Of a stretch of 64,000 nucleotides of DNA, positions 37,501 to 52,963 are shown piece by piece (within the stretch, counting starts at the first letter, position 1; each line of letters opens with the position of its first letter). Source of the DNA: Stegostoma tigrinum (taxonomy: Eukaryota); assembly GCF_030684315.1 (NCBI RefSeq), contig NC_081385.1, positions 11,725,080 to 11,789,079 on the forward strand, written 5' to 3'. The position numbers and the translations under genes were made by a program. The notes beneath the pieces were generated by a model. It saw only the letters and a program-made list of their open reading frames with translations. It was not told where the DNA came from and did no database searches.

Positions 37501-40500
37501 CGCATGGATGATGCTGCTGACACAAAGATTTGAGAACATATGACACTGCCATGTATTCCAGAGAGCTAAGGAGAAACGGTGGAAGCAAAAATGTTTTGTT
37601 CAGTCTTCATTTTGCAGCAGAACTTTTAATGAGCATAGATTCACAGTTCCTTACTTCGTTGCTTTTGTCAGTTGTATTCATGAGTGCTGATTTCTGCAAA
37701 TGAAAATTTCATCCAAATATTTATTTTGGGGATGTGGTTGGGTTGTTAGATTGGGAAAACATGCAATTTACAGAAATTATTCTGCTAATTCTGTTGTTTC
37801 TGTGCAAGTCATGGTACCTATATTGCTGAAGAGAATGAACCTGGGCCAAGTGGAGTAAATTTTCCTTATCGTTCTTGTGAAGTGACAAATGGACAAAACT
37901 TGACTTTCATTGGTGACCAGGTGATGTTTGAATATTGATGGAGGTACTTCTGTGAAGTGTCGGTGTGTTTTTGTGACATGCGTGACAGTATTCTATTGTG
38001 TGTAAAGACTTCTGCACCTTGTTTCATTTGCATTGCAGTGAAATGCAATTGAATCAGTCTGTAGTAGGTCTGGGGAAAGCATTTGCACTGGCTCATTCAG
38101 ATCCTTTCTGTACTCTGCAAATCTGGTGCATTCAAACAGCGCCTGCTGCAGGAATCAGATTAGAGATGATCTGCTGGAGCTGACTACATTTGTGTTCCCA
38201 GTGTGAGCAGGAGCCACTGGCTTATGTAAAGTTTGCATTCTCCCTCCCAACCTTAGCAACATGGCAAGCTGATTTGTCATTGTGCAAGTCAAATCTTTGT
38301 AGTTTGTGCAAATAATGTCCAGGTACATAAGGACAAATCCAACCCAACCAGTTACTCGCACATCAGTCTACTCTTGATCATCAGTAAAGTGACGGAAGGA
38401 ACTTCCATCAAGCAGTACCTGCTCAGTGATGCCCGGTTTAGGTTGCGCCAGGACCACTCAGCTCCTGACCTCAGTGCAGCCTTGGTTCAAACATGGACAA
38501 AAGAGCTGACCTGCAGAGGTGAGATAAAGTTGACAGTCCTTAAAGTCAAGTCTGCATCGACAGAGTATGGCATCAAGGAGCCTTAGCAAAACTAGAATCA
38601 ATGGGTATCGGGGCAAACTCTCTGCTGGTTGAAGTCATACCTAGCACACAAGATGATGGTCATGGTTATTGGATATCAGTCATCTCAGCTCCAGGACATC
38701 TCTGCAGGAATTCCTTTGGCTAGTGTCTAAGCCCCAGCCATCTTCAGCTGCTGCATAAATGATCACCTTCCCTCTATCATAAGGTCAGAAGCGGGACTGT
38801 TTACTAATGATTGCACAATGATTAGCACTATTGACGACGACGACTCGGGTACTGAACCTATCAATGTTCAAATGCAACAAGATCTGGATAATGTCCAGGG
38901 TTTGGCTGACAAGTGGCAAGTTACATTTGCACCACACAAATACCTGGCTATGACCATCACCATTAAGAGACAATCTAACCACCAATCCTTGACATTCCAT
39001 AGTTTTACCAGCTATTAACATCCTGAGGGTTGCCATTGACTAGAAGGTAAACTGCACTTGCCACATTAAACACAATAGCTATAAGAACAGGACAGAGGTG
39101 AGGAATACTGTTCTAAGTAACTCACCTTCCCCCAAAGCCTGTCCATCAACTACGAGGCACAAGTCAGTGTGATGGAATACTTCCCACTTGATTGACATCA
39201 CTTTCACAAGCATCCACTTCTTCTACCACCAATGCTCAGTGACAACAGTGTGTACTATTTACAAAATGCATAGCAGAAATTCACCAGAGATCCATAGATA
39301 TACCATCCAAATCCATGAGCACTTCCATCTAGAAGGATAAGGGCAGCAGACACCCGCAGGTTTCCCTCCAAGCAACTCACCGTTCTGACTTGGAAAAAGA
39401 GTCTTGTTCCTTTACTGTTGCTGGATCAAATTCCTAGAATTCCCTACCAAAAGACATGTGGGTCAACCCACAGCAGGTGGTGTGCAGCGGTGCAGAAATG
39501 CAGCTCACAACTACCTTCTCAAGGGCAACATATGCTGACTGGCCAGCCAGCACTACCCACGCCCCATGAATGAATTTTAAAAGACAGTACAACTGATGGA
39601 GATGCTTGTTCCTGTGAGTGTATGAAAATGTCAATATGGATTATTCAATTTTAATTTGAAAACTAATTGTGCATTTTTTTATTTGGATATAACAAATTCA
39701 AAGTAAACTGTTAAAGTTGCAACTCAACCAATTTGGTTTGTCAGGATCTGCAATTAATGTCTGACTGGCTTTTTCCTACAATTCCAGATATCCAAACCAG
39801 AAATTCAGAACATTCACACAGGTGAAGATGTCATTTTGTGCAGGTTTACATTGTGTAATATAATGACTGTATTTAGAAGTGGGATTTAGGCAAAAGATGA
39901 TTATGTAAGTGTTATATATTAAAAGCTGCTGTGATTGGTTAACAAACATCATTTAACCATAGTAGTAATTAACAGTTTTTCGGCAAGTGTAAACTAGTCT
40001 AGCATACTGAATTTAACAGCAGCCTTCACTCAATTGATATTCCACATGCACTCTACTGTCAAATGCATTTATTATCCACTTTGGTTTATAGTACTGTAAA
40101 ATATGGTGAGTAAATTTCACCTTTAGGCTCATTGAGGATAACAGAAAATTGTACAGCAATCATAGGTGCATCTGTTAAGTATTTTTAAAGTATTGTTCTG
40201 GAATGTATGCAGAAACATGAATCCTGTTCTGCAGTGACTCAACGTATGTATAATTAGACATTTTATATGTTTTTTCAGTTTCGGCTTTTTAGATTTTTCT
40301 TCCTTAATATTCTGGGATGTGGGAGTAAATAGCAAGACTGGCATTTATTGCCTAGCACTAATAATCATGGAGAATTATCATTGGATGATTTTTTGACTAT
40401 TTGAACCTCTGCAGTTCACATGCTGAAGGTCCTCCTACAGTTTTTGTCCAGAATAATCGCAAGTTCCCAGTCTTGGGAATCCCTGTACTGTACCTTACCA

Positions 40501-43500
40501 TGTGATCAGTTACCATGCCTTAACTTAAATCACTTCTCATTTAATTTCATCCATTCAAACAATTAATTTTACTTGAGTTTTCAGGATCGTGGGAGTACGT
40601 AGGAGATAATATTGGAGGATATCTGCTCTTCTCTTTATTTGTGATTTGAGATTTTATAAATCAAACATACTTGAGTGTTATGCAAGAAATTATACCAGGT
40701 TCTTTTGTACTATAAAATTTGTCTTTTGGGATAAGTGTTTTTATTTTGGTCAGCAATTAAATTCCATTGCATATATAGTTAAAACTGAAACAAAATCATT
40801 TCAATTTGTATCATTCTATAATGCCTGTGTACCTTGTCTCCCACTAATCTATACATCTGATCTCAGGTGCTACTCCACCCTGGCTTATTGATGATGATGA
40901 TGATCTGGACACAACGCCAAAATCGATAGGGCCATCTTACGAGGAGTTTATCCAACACAGTATGTTTAATATTATAGTGGGTAACTTATTTACAGAAGGT
41001 CAAGAATGGTCATATTTTCTATGCAGTAACAATATTTACACTTGTATAGCGCCTGTAGCATGAGATGGAAAAACAGTCCCAGGTGGTCCATGGGGCATGT
41101 CATTAAACAAAACTGAACACTAAACCAACTTGAGATTGTTAGGCGGGTAACCAAACCCTTGGTTAAATTGATGAGGCAGATGGTCTAATCCCTCTGAGGA
41201 CCAACAACTCAAATTTACCAAATGACCCCAACCAAAAAACCTAATGGACAAGGTAATTTGTTGATTTTGATATGATAGTTCATGTTTTATTAATCAGGAA
41301 AACTAGCATCACTATCAACTATAAAGTGCATACTTAATAGCAGATATAAAGATTTAATTCATCTATTGGACAGTCCACTCGATACCTATGGCAGCAGTTC
41401 AATCACAATCTCCATCAAACCTCTGAACTTTCTCAGGCAGAATTGCAGGTCTCTTTTGAAGATTTGGCCTCTGACTTTTACCCAGCAGAGGCACCCAACT
41501 AACCCAGTCTCCATGGGCACAAACATCACCATATTTATGTGGCCCTACAGAAGCACCATAATCTAAACCCTTGGACAACTCTTCTTTTTAGCCATTGCCT
41601 CTCACACTTGTGAACCTAGCCATATAGGCTTATTTAGGGTCATATGATTGCAGCTGTTCCCCCCAATCTCTTCCATATTGGAAGTAACACTGCCTCCGAT
41701 CACCAGAGGTGAGAGCTCAAGGGCTCAGCAGCTAAAAGTCTGCTCTCCCATGGTTGAAGCATCATAAAGCTCTGGATCCTCAAGTGCGTAGAAATGGAGC
41801 AGCACCAATTATCTTTCGAGTTGAGAGTGGAGTTTACGTAGTGAATGTGGAGATACTTGCAAACCAAGATGAGAACTTTAATGGTTATTGTTGCTTGACT
41901 TAGAATGAAAGATGAATGGGCAATTAGGGTGTTGAGTAGGATGAGCTTATATTTTAAATGACCATTTCTGAAATCTGTAATTGGATTTTTAACTATTCAA
42001 TCAAATCCCATTCCCACTTCTGTCCTAAATGATGAAACGTCTTTGAAATAGATTTTTTTAACAATAGTTTGACAAATTGTGACCATTTCAAATAGTGCTG
42101 GAGGCTCTCTTTGCCTTAAATTTATGCTGAGATTACAGCCTTGCTGATCAACAACAATCTGGTGCGAACTAGCATAATTATAAACAAATCACCTCTTGGA
42201 GAAGTTGGTATTTCTTTTGCCAAGGCTAATTGTCACCCTAAACTTGAATCTTCCTCCATGTTTTGTTAATTTTACAGCTTTATAATGAAATATTCAAACT
42301 CTACTTTGCCAGCTTCAAGGCCAACATTTATTGTCCATCTCAAGTTGTCCTAAAGGTGGTGGTAAACTTCCTAAAATTACTGTGGTTTGTATGATATAGG
42401 GAATACTATTACTGTAAAGCATGTTCTTCTGTAATGCTTCTGTTAATAGTGTTGCTGTCCACCTAACAGGTAATATATAAATAGGCCAAATAAATTTAAT
42501 TTAGTGCACAAGTATACAAACTGAAAGTCGTTCCATTCTGAGTGTTCTTGGGTAATGTGTAAGAGTATGAGCACTTACTGTTCGTTTCAGTAAATCAGTG
42601 ACATGGTTACAAAAAAAGCTAATGAAATGCTAAACTGAGGTGGAGTAGTGTATCTATTAAAGAATTGTGAACTATAGTTGGAAGCATTCCATGGTGTAGA
42701 CAAGATGTTAAAACATGGTACAGCATGCATGCATCAGAATGCTGCCTGGTATGATTAAAACAAATATGAAGAGACTTCTATTTGAAGAGGAAGTGTTAGG
42801 AAAGAGATGAAGTGAATCAAGAACTTCCAGTAGTTCTGATCTAAAAAAGGGAATTAGTGACACTTAGGGAAAAGCAGGCCAATAAGGGTCTTCAGGCTGT
42901 GAACTACAGTTCCATTGTAATTTAAGAGGTATGGTAATGTACAACCAGGTGTGAGGGCTGGTCGAAGTGGTATGAAGGAATAGACTGGACACATGAGAAA
43001 AATACTAAAGTTAAAACACCAGTTTGAACTGGGTGAGCCAAACAACCTCTTGTTTCTCTCAAGCTCTACTGAAGGCAAAGTAGTGCTCAACTTCTGACTA
43101 TTTGAAGTTGGGTGTTGAAACATTTAACTTTACTTTTAGGTTAGATACTTGTTCAGCTAATGGCTCAGCATTCATGATTTTTCAATTTTAGAGGAGAAAG
43201 AAAAACTGAAGAAACTTCCTCCAAATAGAGTTGGTGCAAATTTCAACCACACATCAGAAACAGATGACTCCTGGTTACCTTCATTTGGCCGGGTGTGGAA
43301 TGATGGCAGGAGGTGGCAATCCAGGTGAGTTCTTATTTCTTGTCTTGGGTGGTTCTGCAGGATACAGGGATATGGCATTCCTGATCGCAGTGTAGTGTAG
43401 TGAATAAAAATGCATTCCTACACTGATTTGGTTCTGGTTTCCTGTTCCAAACTGCACTTGCCATTTAACACAACTCTCTAGAAACTTGACAGTTTCTAAT

Positions 43501-43752
43501 TGGAATACACCAGGAAGATCTTTACATTATAAGTGCACATATAGCCACTGAGAAATCAAAGTAATTTGGATTTGTAATGGTTTACTTAGCATTTCCATAA
43601 AGGCTTAATTGTTCTAATGTTAAATTGTTTCCTTGTACTTGATTGACAATACTGAACACTCAAATAGCACCAATCTCATTGACTGCTTTCATTTTTATAG
43701 GCATCAATTCAGATTAGAAGAAGGCAAAAAAAGAAAACGAGACAAGAGATGA
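22355..43752 (+). CDS. CENATAC: CENATAC/CCDC84, centrosomal AT-AC splicing factor (minor spliceosome component), 11 coding exons, 343 aa
   Basis: Exons 22355-22504, 27889-28055, 28269-28367, 28968-29034, 32299-32361, 35293-35354, 37809-37920, 39788-39821, 40867-40959, 43192-43324 and 43701-43752 join via GT-AG introns into a 1032-nt ORF. The protein has CCDC84 hallmarks: CxxCRQT..GHVY..KH, WCYCC...[11 protein letters not shown]...[29 protein letters not shown] and [14 protein letters not shown]...[21 protein letters not shown]. Confidence 0.95.
22770..24170 (+). mobile_element. Degenerate Penelope-like element with GIY-YIG endonuclease remnant
   Basis: [32 protein letters not shown] (ORF 23591-23797); pLTR at ~24040-24170; nested CR1 tail at ~22900-22995. 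Confidence 0.8.
26431..26757 (+). mobile_element. HE1/V-SINE-type SINE
   Basis: Well-preserved copy ggcggcatggtggctcagtgg...gggcctgtttccacactgtagggaatcta. Confidence 0.88.
26945..27345 (-). mobile_element. CR1-type LINE 3' end
   Basis: [35 protein letters not shown]; (agaacat)n tail. Confidence 0.85.
27889..28055 (+). CDS. CENATAC: CENATAC exon 2
   Basis: ctcccag|[55 protein letters not shown]; the in-frame donor is AG|gtaccg. Confidence 0.92.
28269..28367 (+). CDS. CENATAC: CENATAC exon 3
   Basis: tttatag|(S)[32 protein letters not shown](K)|gtaagt. Confidence 0.94.
28968..29034 (+). CDS. CENATAC: CENATAC exon 4
   Basis: tgttaag|[22 protein letters not shown]|gtatgt. Confidence 0.92.
30130..31690 (-). 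mobile_element. Second Penelope-like family, degenerate, with inverted ends
   Basis: GIY-YIG-region remnants ([13 protein letters not shown]; [14 protein letters not shown]); 30131-30245 and 31530-31650 are inverted repeats. Confidence 0.75.
32299..32361 (+). CDS. CENATAC: CENATAC exon 5
   Basis: ctctatag|[21 protein letters not shown]|gttggt; a U12-like GTATCCAT lies 28 nt downstream. Confidence 0.9.
32390..32397 (+). promoter_or_regulatory. U12-type-like alternative 5' splice site competing with the U2 donor of CENATAC exon 5
   Basis: GTATCCAT versus consensus GTATCCTT, 28 nt downstream of the weak major donor GTTGGT. Confidence 0.7.
33568..33925 (-). mobile_element. HE1/V-SINE-type SINE
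   Basis: Reverse complement of the same family. Confidence 0.82.
34752..34842 (+). other. Candidate poison cassette exon in CENATAC intron 5
   Basis: Long pyrimidine tract ending ttttttcacag, donor CAG|gtgagg, 91 nt long, in-frame TAG at 34773-34775 when joined to exon 5. Confidence 0.5.
35275..35292 (+). promoter_or_regulatory. U12-type-like branch point and PPT-less 3' splice site of CENATAC intron 5
   Basis: TTCCTGAAT (consensus TTCCTTRAY) with branch A ~11-12 nt from the AG; the intervening sequence CAAAACCAG has no pyrimidine tract. Confidence 0.6.
35293..35354 (+). CDS. CENATAC: CENATAC exon 6
   Basis: ttcctgaatcaaaaccag|[20 protein letters not shown](S)|gtaaga; starts with PQA as in the human protein as I recall it, and phases fit exons 5 and 7. 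Confidence 0.8.
37809..37920 (+). CDS. CENATAC: CENATAC exon 7
   Basis: tgtgcaag|[37 protein letters not shown]|gtgatg. Confidence 0.85.
38330..39580 (+). mobile_element. Degenerate non-LTR retrotransposon (L2/CR1 group) RT fragment
   Basis: [12 protein letters not shown]..., [23 protein letters not shown]; its 3' tail is shared with copies at ~4690-5060 and ~44620-45020. Confidence 0.72.
39788..39821 (+). CDS. CENATAC: CENATAC exon 8
   Basis: attccag|[11 protein letters not shown](G)|gtgaag. Confidence 0.87.
40867..40959 (+). CDS. CENATAC: CENATAC exon 9
   Basis: tctcag|[31 protein letters not shown](K)|gtatgt. Confidence 0.93.
43192..43324 (+). CDS. CENATAC: CENATAC exon 10
   Basis: attttag|[44 protein letters not shown](R)|gtgagt. 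Confidence 0.95.
43701..43752 (+). CDS. CENATAC: CENATAC exon 11 (last coding)
   Basis: ttttatag|[16 protein letters not shown] then TGA at 43750-43752. Confidence 0.92.
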
Positions 43753-43992
43753 CCTACGGAAAATTTTAAAGCAAATGAATTGGGCAAAGAGGAAAATGGG
43801 GGAGATTATGCTTCAAAGACATGTTAATGTTACATGCAATGAGTATAGCAAAAAGTATAAAGTTTTTAAAAAATATTGTATACCCTATTGCATTGGGTAA
43901 ATAGGTTCTGAAAACTAATTTCTGATGCACTAGCCAGGTGCTGTAAGCTACTTGTACATATCACTGAAGTTTAGGTTGTAAAATTTTGCCAC

Positions 43993-44215
43993 AATAAATC
44001 GATTATGTTTACATTTCTATCTAATACAGTTTCAAATGCAATGATATTATTTCTTCATCTTTCTCTATTGATGTTCACCAGTGGCTCAGTTTTCCTTAGT
44101 TTCCATTTAACAACTTTCTAGTAGCTTGAGCCATTTTTGTATTTCAGTTATAGAGTACACTAAACATCTTTTATACTTGCACTAAACAGTACATATCCAA
44201 TTGCAAAGAAATAAA
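43993..44215 (+). terminator. CENATAC candidate polyadenylation signals (AATAAA at 43993-43998 and 44210-44215)
   Basis: Canonical hexamers ~240 and ~460 nt after the stop codon. Confidence 0.55.
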
Positions 44216-45029
44216 ACCTAACGCTTGTTTGAGGGCAGCATGAAAACCTGAATCAGGGCAAATGTTTTCCTGGTTATCAAGCTCAATAGCAGGTGACTCA
44301 ATTCTACACATCTCCCCTTAAAAAGGCAGACTTTAACTGGATACTGTACATAGTTATCAATTACAGGGGAATGAAAACTTTGCCCCTGCAAATTATTGTA
44401 ATAAGTCTAGAATCCATACTACAGCTAACAGCCACTATCCACAAGTCATGTAAAACTTCTGGTTGTGTTCTTTATCAAAAACTACTGGGTAAGTGTAGAC
44501 ACTACTAGATAGTTGGTAATTTCTAAGCAGGGCAATTTCACTAAGTTTTGTCAAGATGAAATTTAACCTCCATAATTTGAGTTTATATGTGAGACATTAA
44601 TCTTTAACCTGCTTCAGACACTTACTCCCTCAAGCACCAACCCAGCAGCATTTGCATTACAGTAAATGTAGCAGGGCAGCTTCAACCATACTCTTCAGAT
44701 CCATGACCTCTATCACTCATGAAGGGTAAGGCCACCAACCTCACTATTCATTCCCTTCACTGATTACAATGCACTGCAGTAACTAACTTAACCTGAGCTC
44801 CTCCAAGCCCTCCCTAGACCATGACCTCTAACACCCAGTAGCACAAGGGCAGCAGACAAGGGTACACCAACCTTTAAGGAAAGAACCCCCCTTTTAACAA
44901 CTCCAGAGGTGTGTCTACACCACATGGACTCCAGTGGCTCACCACTGCCTTGGAAGACATTTAGGGATGGTGAATAAATGCAGTCCTTGCCAGTGCCACC
45001 CACTTCTCATAACTGTTACAAAAAGAAAC

Positions 45030-45103
45030 AACAAATGTTTTAAAGACAACTTTATTTATAATTTTGACTTATCTAAACAGCATCACGAAATCCATTCCAG
45101 AAC
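45030..45103 (-). other. RPS25: RPS25 non-coding last exon (3'UTR) with polyA signal
   Basis: Acceptor cttcctctctttcag| at 45104-45105 and AATAAA (plus strand tttatt 45051-45056); 3' end approximate. Confidence 0.8.
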
Positions 45104-45454
45104 CTGAAAGAGAGGAAGTATTTACGTCAATGTCTAGCAGAAAGAGTGATCAATTCCACTAAATTGGCTGAAAACATTTAATCTACTTTCAATTTAGTGA
45201 ATATCTTGATACTATAATTATTGAACATGATTGCTACCATGAATTTCTGAATTCCGAAAGATAAATTCACTTGCTAAGACCAACTAGTTCTAGGCAGTTC
45301 TATTCTAACTCTAATCAACAGCAGATAACCTTAACTGATCCTAAATCCAAGATCATCAGGCCAAATTAGTGCCCTTAAGAGCATTGATTAGAGAGTGAGC
45401 CACAGCATTTTAATTGGCAAGACCTTTTTTCTGAGACATTAGGCTGAAATTAGG

Positions 45455-45945
45455 GCCTGTACTGTGCTGTACTCTTCTTCAGCCCACTCTGTTGTGCCAA
45501 ACTTTTGCCCTAATTCTAAACTATCTAACCTCCACCCCTACCTTATACTAGCATCCATATGCCTATCTAATATAGCTGCTTAAATGCCCCTAATAAGGCC
45601 AACTCCACTACCCTCTCCAGCAATGCATTCCACGCCCCAACCACTGAGTAAAGAACCTACCTCTGACATCTCCCCGTTATCTACCTCCACTCACTTTAAA
45701 ACTATGCTCCCTCGTAATAGCTACCTCCAACCAAGGAAAAAGCCTCTGGTTGTCCATTCTATCTATACCTCTGATCATTTTGTACACCTCTATCAAGTCA
45801 GCTCTCATCCATTGTCCTTCTAAAGAGAAAAGCCTAGCTCTCTCAACCTTTCCTCATAAGGCCTTCCCTCCATTCCAGGCAATATTCTGGTAAATCTCCT
45901 CTGGACTTTTGCCAACGCTTCCACATCTTTCCTGTAATGAAGCGA
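45455..45945 (-). mobile_element. CR1-type LINE 3' fragment in RPS25 intron 4
   Basis: Similar to 26945-27345. Confidence 0.75.
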
Positions 45946-46340
45946 TGCTCAAAACGGTGAAGTAAATTAATTCGTCAAAACTAACCTTGCATGTCACTAT
46001 TCCAGTTGTGAAACTGACCTCTTCTGAAGGTTCAACTGGTTGAGTGTTTTACCAGAAGGTTGACTACCAGAGGCCAGAGTTGAGTTACACACTTAATCAT
46101 GCAGACTACCAGCTGCTGGAAGCTCTCAGCCCCAGGATGCTGTACACTGAATTCACTCACATGGAGAACATGAAAACTTTTCATTGGGAATGAGGAAACA
46201 TACCATTCATTCCGCAGAAAGGAGCAAAAAGATCAGTAACCGCTAGCTCCAAAGCAAACTTGATTTGCTCACAAGCTCCCAACATGTCCACAAGAGATAA
46301 AAAGCAGTAACAAGTATGCATTCAGAAACACCATACCTTA

Positions 46341-51558
<5,218 letters not shown>

Positions 51559-51561
<3 letters not shown>

Positions 51562-51598
51562 GTTGATGCTTCAAGATGTCGGAGTCGAAAAGGAAGAG
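51559..51598 (-). promoter_or_regulatory. RPS25: RPS25 exon 1: 5'TOP tract and ATG-only coding part
   Basis: Minus strand CTCTTCCTTTTCgactccgacatcttgaagcatcaacATG|gtgagg, typical of ribosomal protein genes. Confidence 0.88.
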
Positions 51599-51599
51599 C

Positions 51600-51730
51600 C
51601 CGTGCTCCGGCAGCTCAGGAAACCCCCAACGTGGCGGCAACTTCCGTTTCCCAGGGCGGAAATGATGTCGTACAATATCCGCCTTCTATCGACCCAAACC
51701 TACAGCCAATGAGATCCTGATATTGGTAGC
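51600..51730 (-). promoter_or_regulatory. RPS25 proximal promoter (ETS/GABP-like CTTCCG and CGGAAATG, CCAAT box)
   Basis: CpG-rich segment immediately upstream of the TOP tract; cttccg at 51641, ggcggaaatg at ~51655, ccaat at ~51706. Confidence 0.55.
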
Positions 51731-51794
51731 CTCAAATTGGAAGGATGAACAAAAAAAATTAGGCTGTTACTTCTGGTACCCAAGGGTGACACAT

Positions 51795-52335
51795 TGACCC
51801 AAGTGTCATATTTCAGATGAAACATTAAACACAAGCCTTGTTTGCCCCTCAAGTTGAACATAAATACTTTTCAAAGAGAAGCAAGGAGCTCCTCACCTTC
51901 GTAGTGAAAACAGAAAGTGCTGGAGAAACTCAGCAGATCTGGTAGTGTGTATGAAGAGAGAAAGAGAAGTAATGTTTCAGAACTACGAAAAAGTGACAAA
52001 CTAGATTTGAAACATTAACTCTTTTTCCTCTTCTCAGATGCTGCTAGATATGCTGATTTTCTTCGTTTCCTGTTTTATTTCAGACTTCCAGAATCGTATT
52101 TTGCTCATGGTTATGGACTATATCCTGGTCAATATTTATCCCACAACAAACACTGGAAACACATATACCTAATTATCATATTGCTGCTTTTGAGAGATCG
52201 CTATGCGCAACTTAACTTGCTGTATTAAAGATGTTAAAACAGTGACTGTACTAGAAAAGTACACCATTGACTATAAATGTAAATTTGGGATTTTTGGTAG
52301 ACGTGAAAGTTGCTACATAGATGCAAGGCTTTCGT
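51795..52335 (+). mobile_element. Deu-domain SINE (SacSINE1/AmnSINE-like) between the RPS25 and TRAPPC4 promoters, split by a pLTR hairpin at ~51900-52100
   Basis: tttcagatgaaacattaaac...tcctggtcaatatttatccc...attgctg...cagtgactg...gtgaaagttgctacatagatgcaag; matches copies at ~14540-15685, 18630-18995, 21295-21580 and 29600-29840. Confidence 0.65.
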
Positions 52336-52576
52336 GTTCAATCGGGAACACTGGTCACGAGTCCAGAAACTCTGATTTTCTCTTCACAGATGTTCGCAGA
52401 CCTGCCGAGCTTTTCCAGCAACCTTTGTTTTTCCGGATTTATAGCATCTGCAGTTCTGGCAAAGAACTGAAGGTACACGCATGTGACCCCTGCGATATCT
52501 CCCGGCATTACCTCCCCTGGGCTTGGTGCTTCCGGGGAGCGGTAGACGTTCCCTTGCAACACGTGTGAGTGTGTAA

Positions 52577-52768
52577 AATACATTTCCCATCATTCAAAGC
52601 TGCCGCTCCCCCTCTGCCCCCTGGGATTTGTAGGCTCCCTTCACACCGTGGAGACAGAATATGGCGTAGAGGATTACCTTACCCGACATCCCAATTAAGT
52701 AAACCCCGCCTCCTGGGAGTAGTAGGCAGTCCATTGTACAGCAGCGGGGCAGGACTACAATTCCCAGC
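52577..52768. promoter_or_regulatory. TRAPPC4 proximal promoter with clustered ZNF143/THAP11 (SBS, ACTACAnnTCCCA) motifs
   Basis: ACTACAATTCCCAGC at 52754-52768, AATACATTTCCCATCATTC at 52577-52595, reverse copies at 52621-52634 and 52713-52726, and a GC box ccccgcc. Confidence 0.7.
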
Positions 52769-52788
52769 GGCCCTTGACTGGTGCAGAC

Positions 52789-52963
52789 ATGGTTGTTTTT
52801 AGTGTTTATGTGGTGAATAAGGCTGGCGGCCTTGTTTATCAATACGACAACTACTCGCCCCGCAACGATGTAGAGAAAACCTTTAGCTACCCGCTCGATT
52901 TAGTGCTCAAGGTGCACGACGAGCGCGTGGTGGTGTCGTTTGGTCAGAGAGATGGCATCAAAG
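52789..52963 (+). CDS. TRAPPC4: TRAPPC4 exon 1
   Basis: ATG at 52789, donor AAG|gtgagg. Confidence 0.95.
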
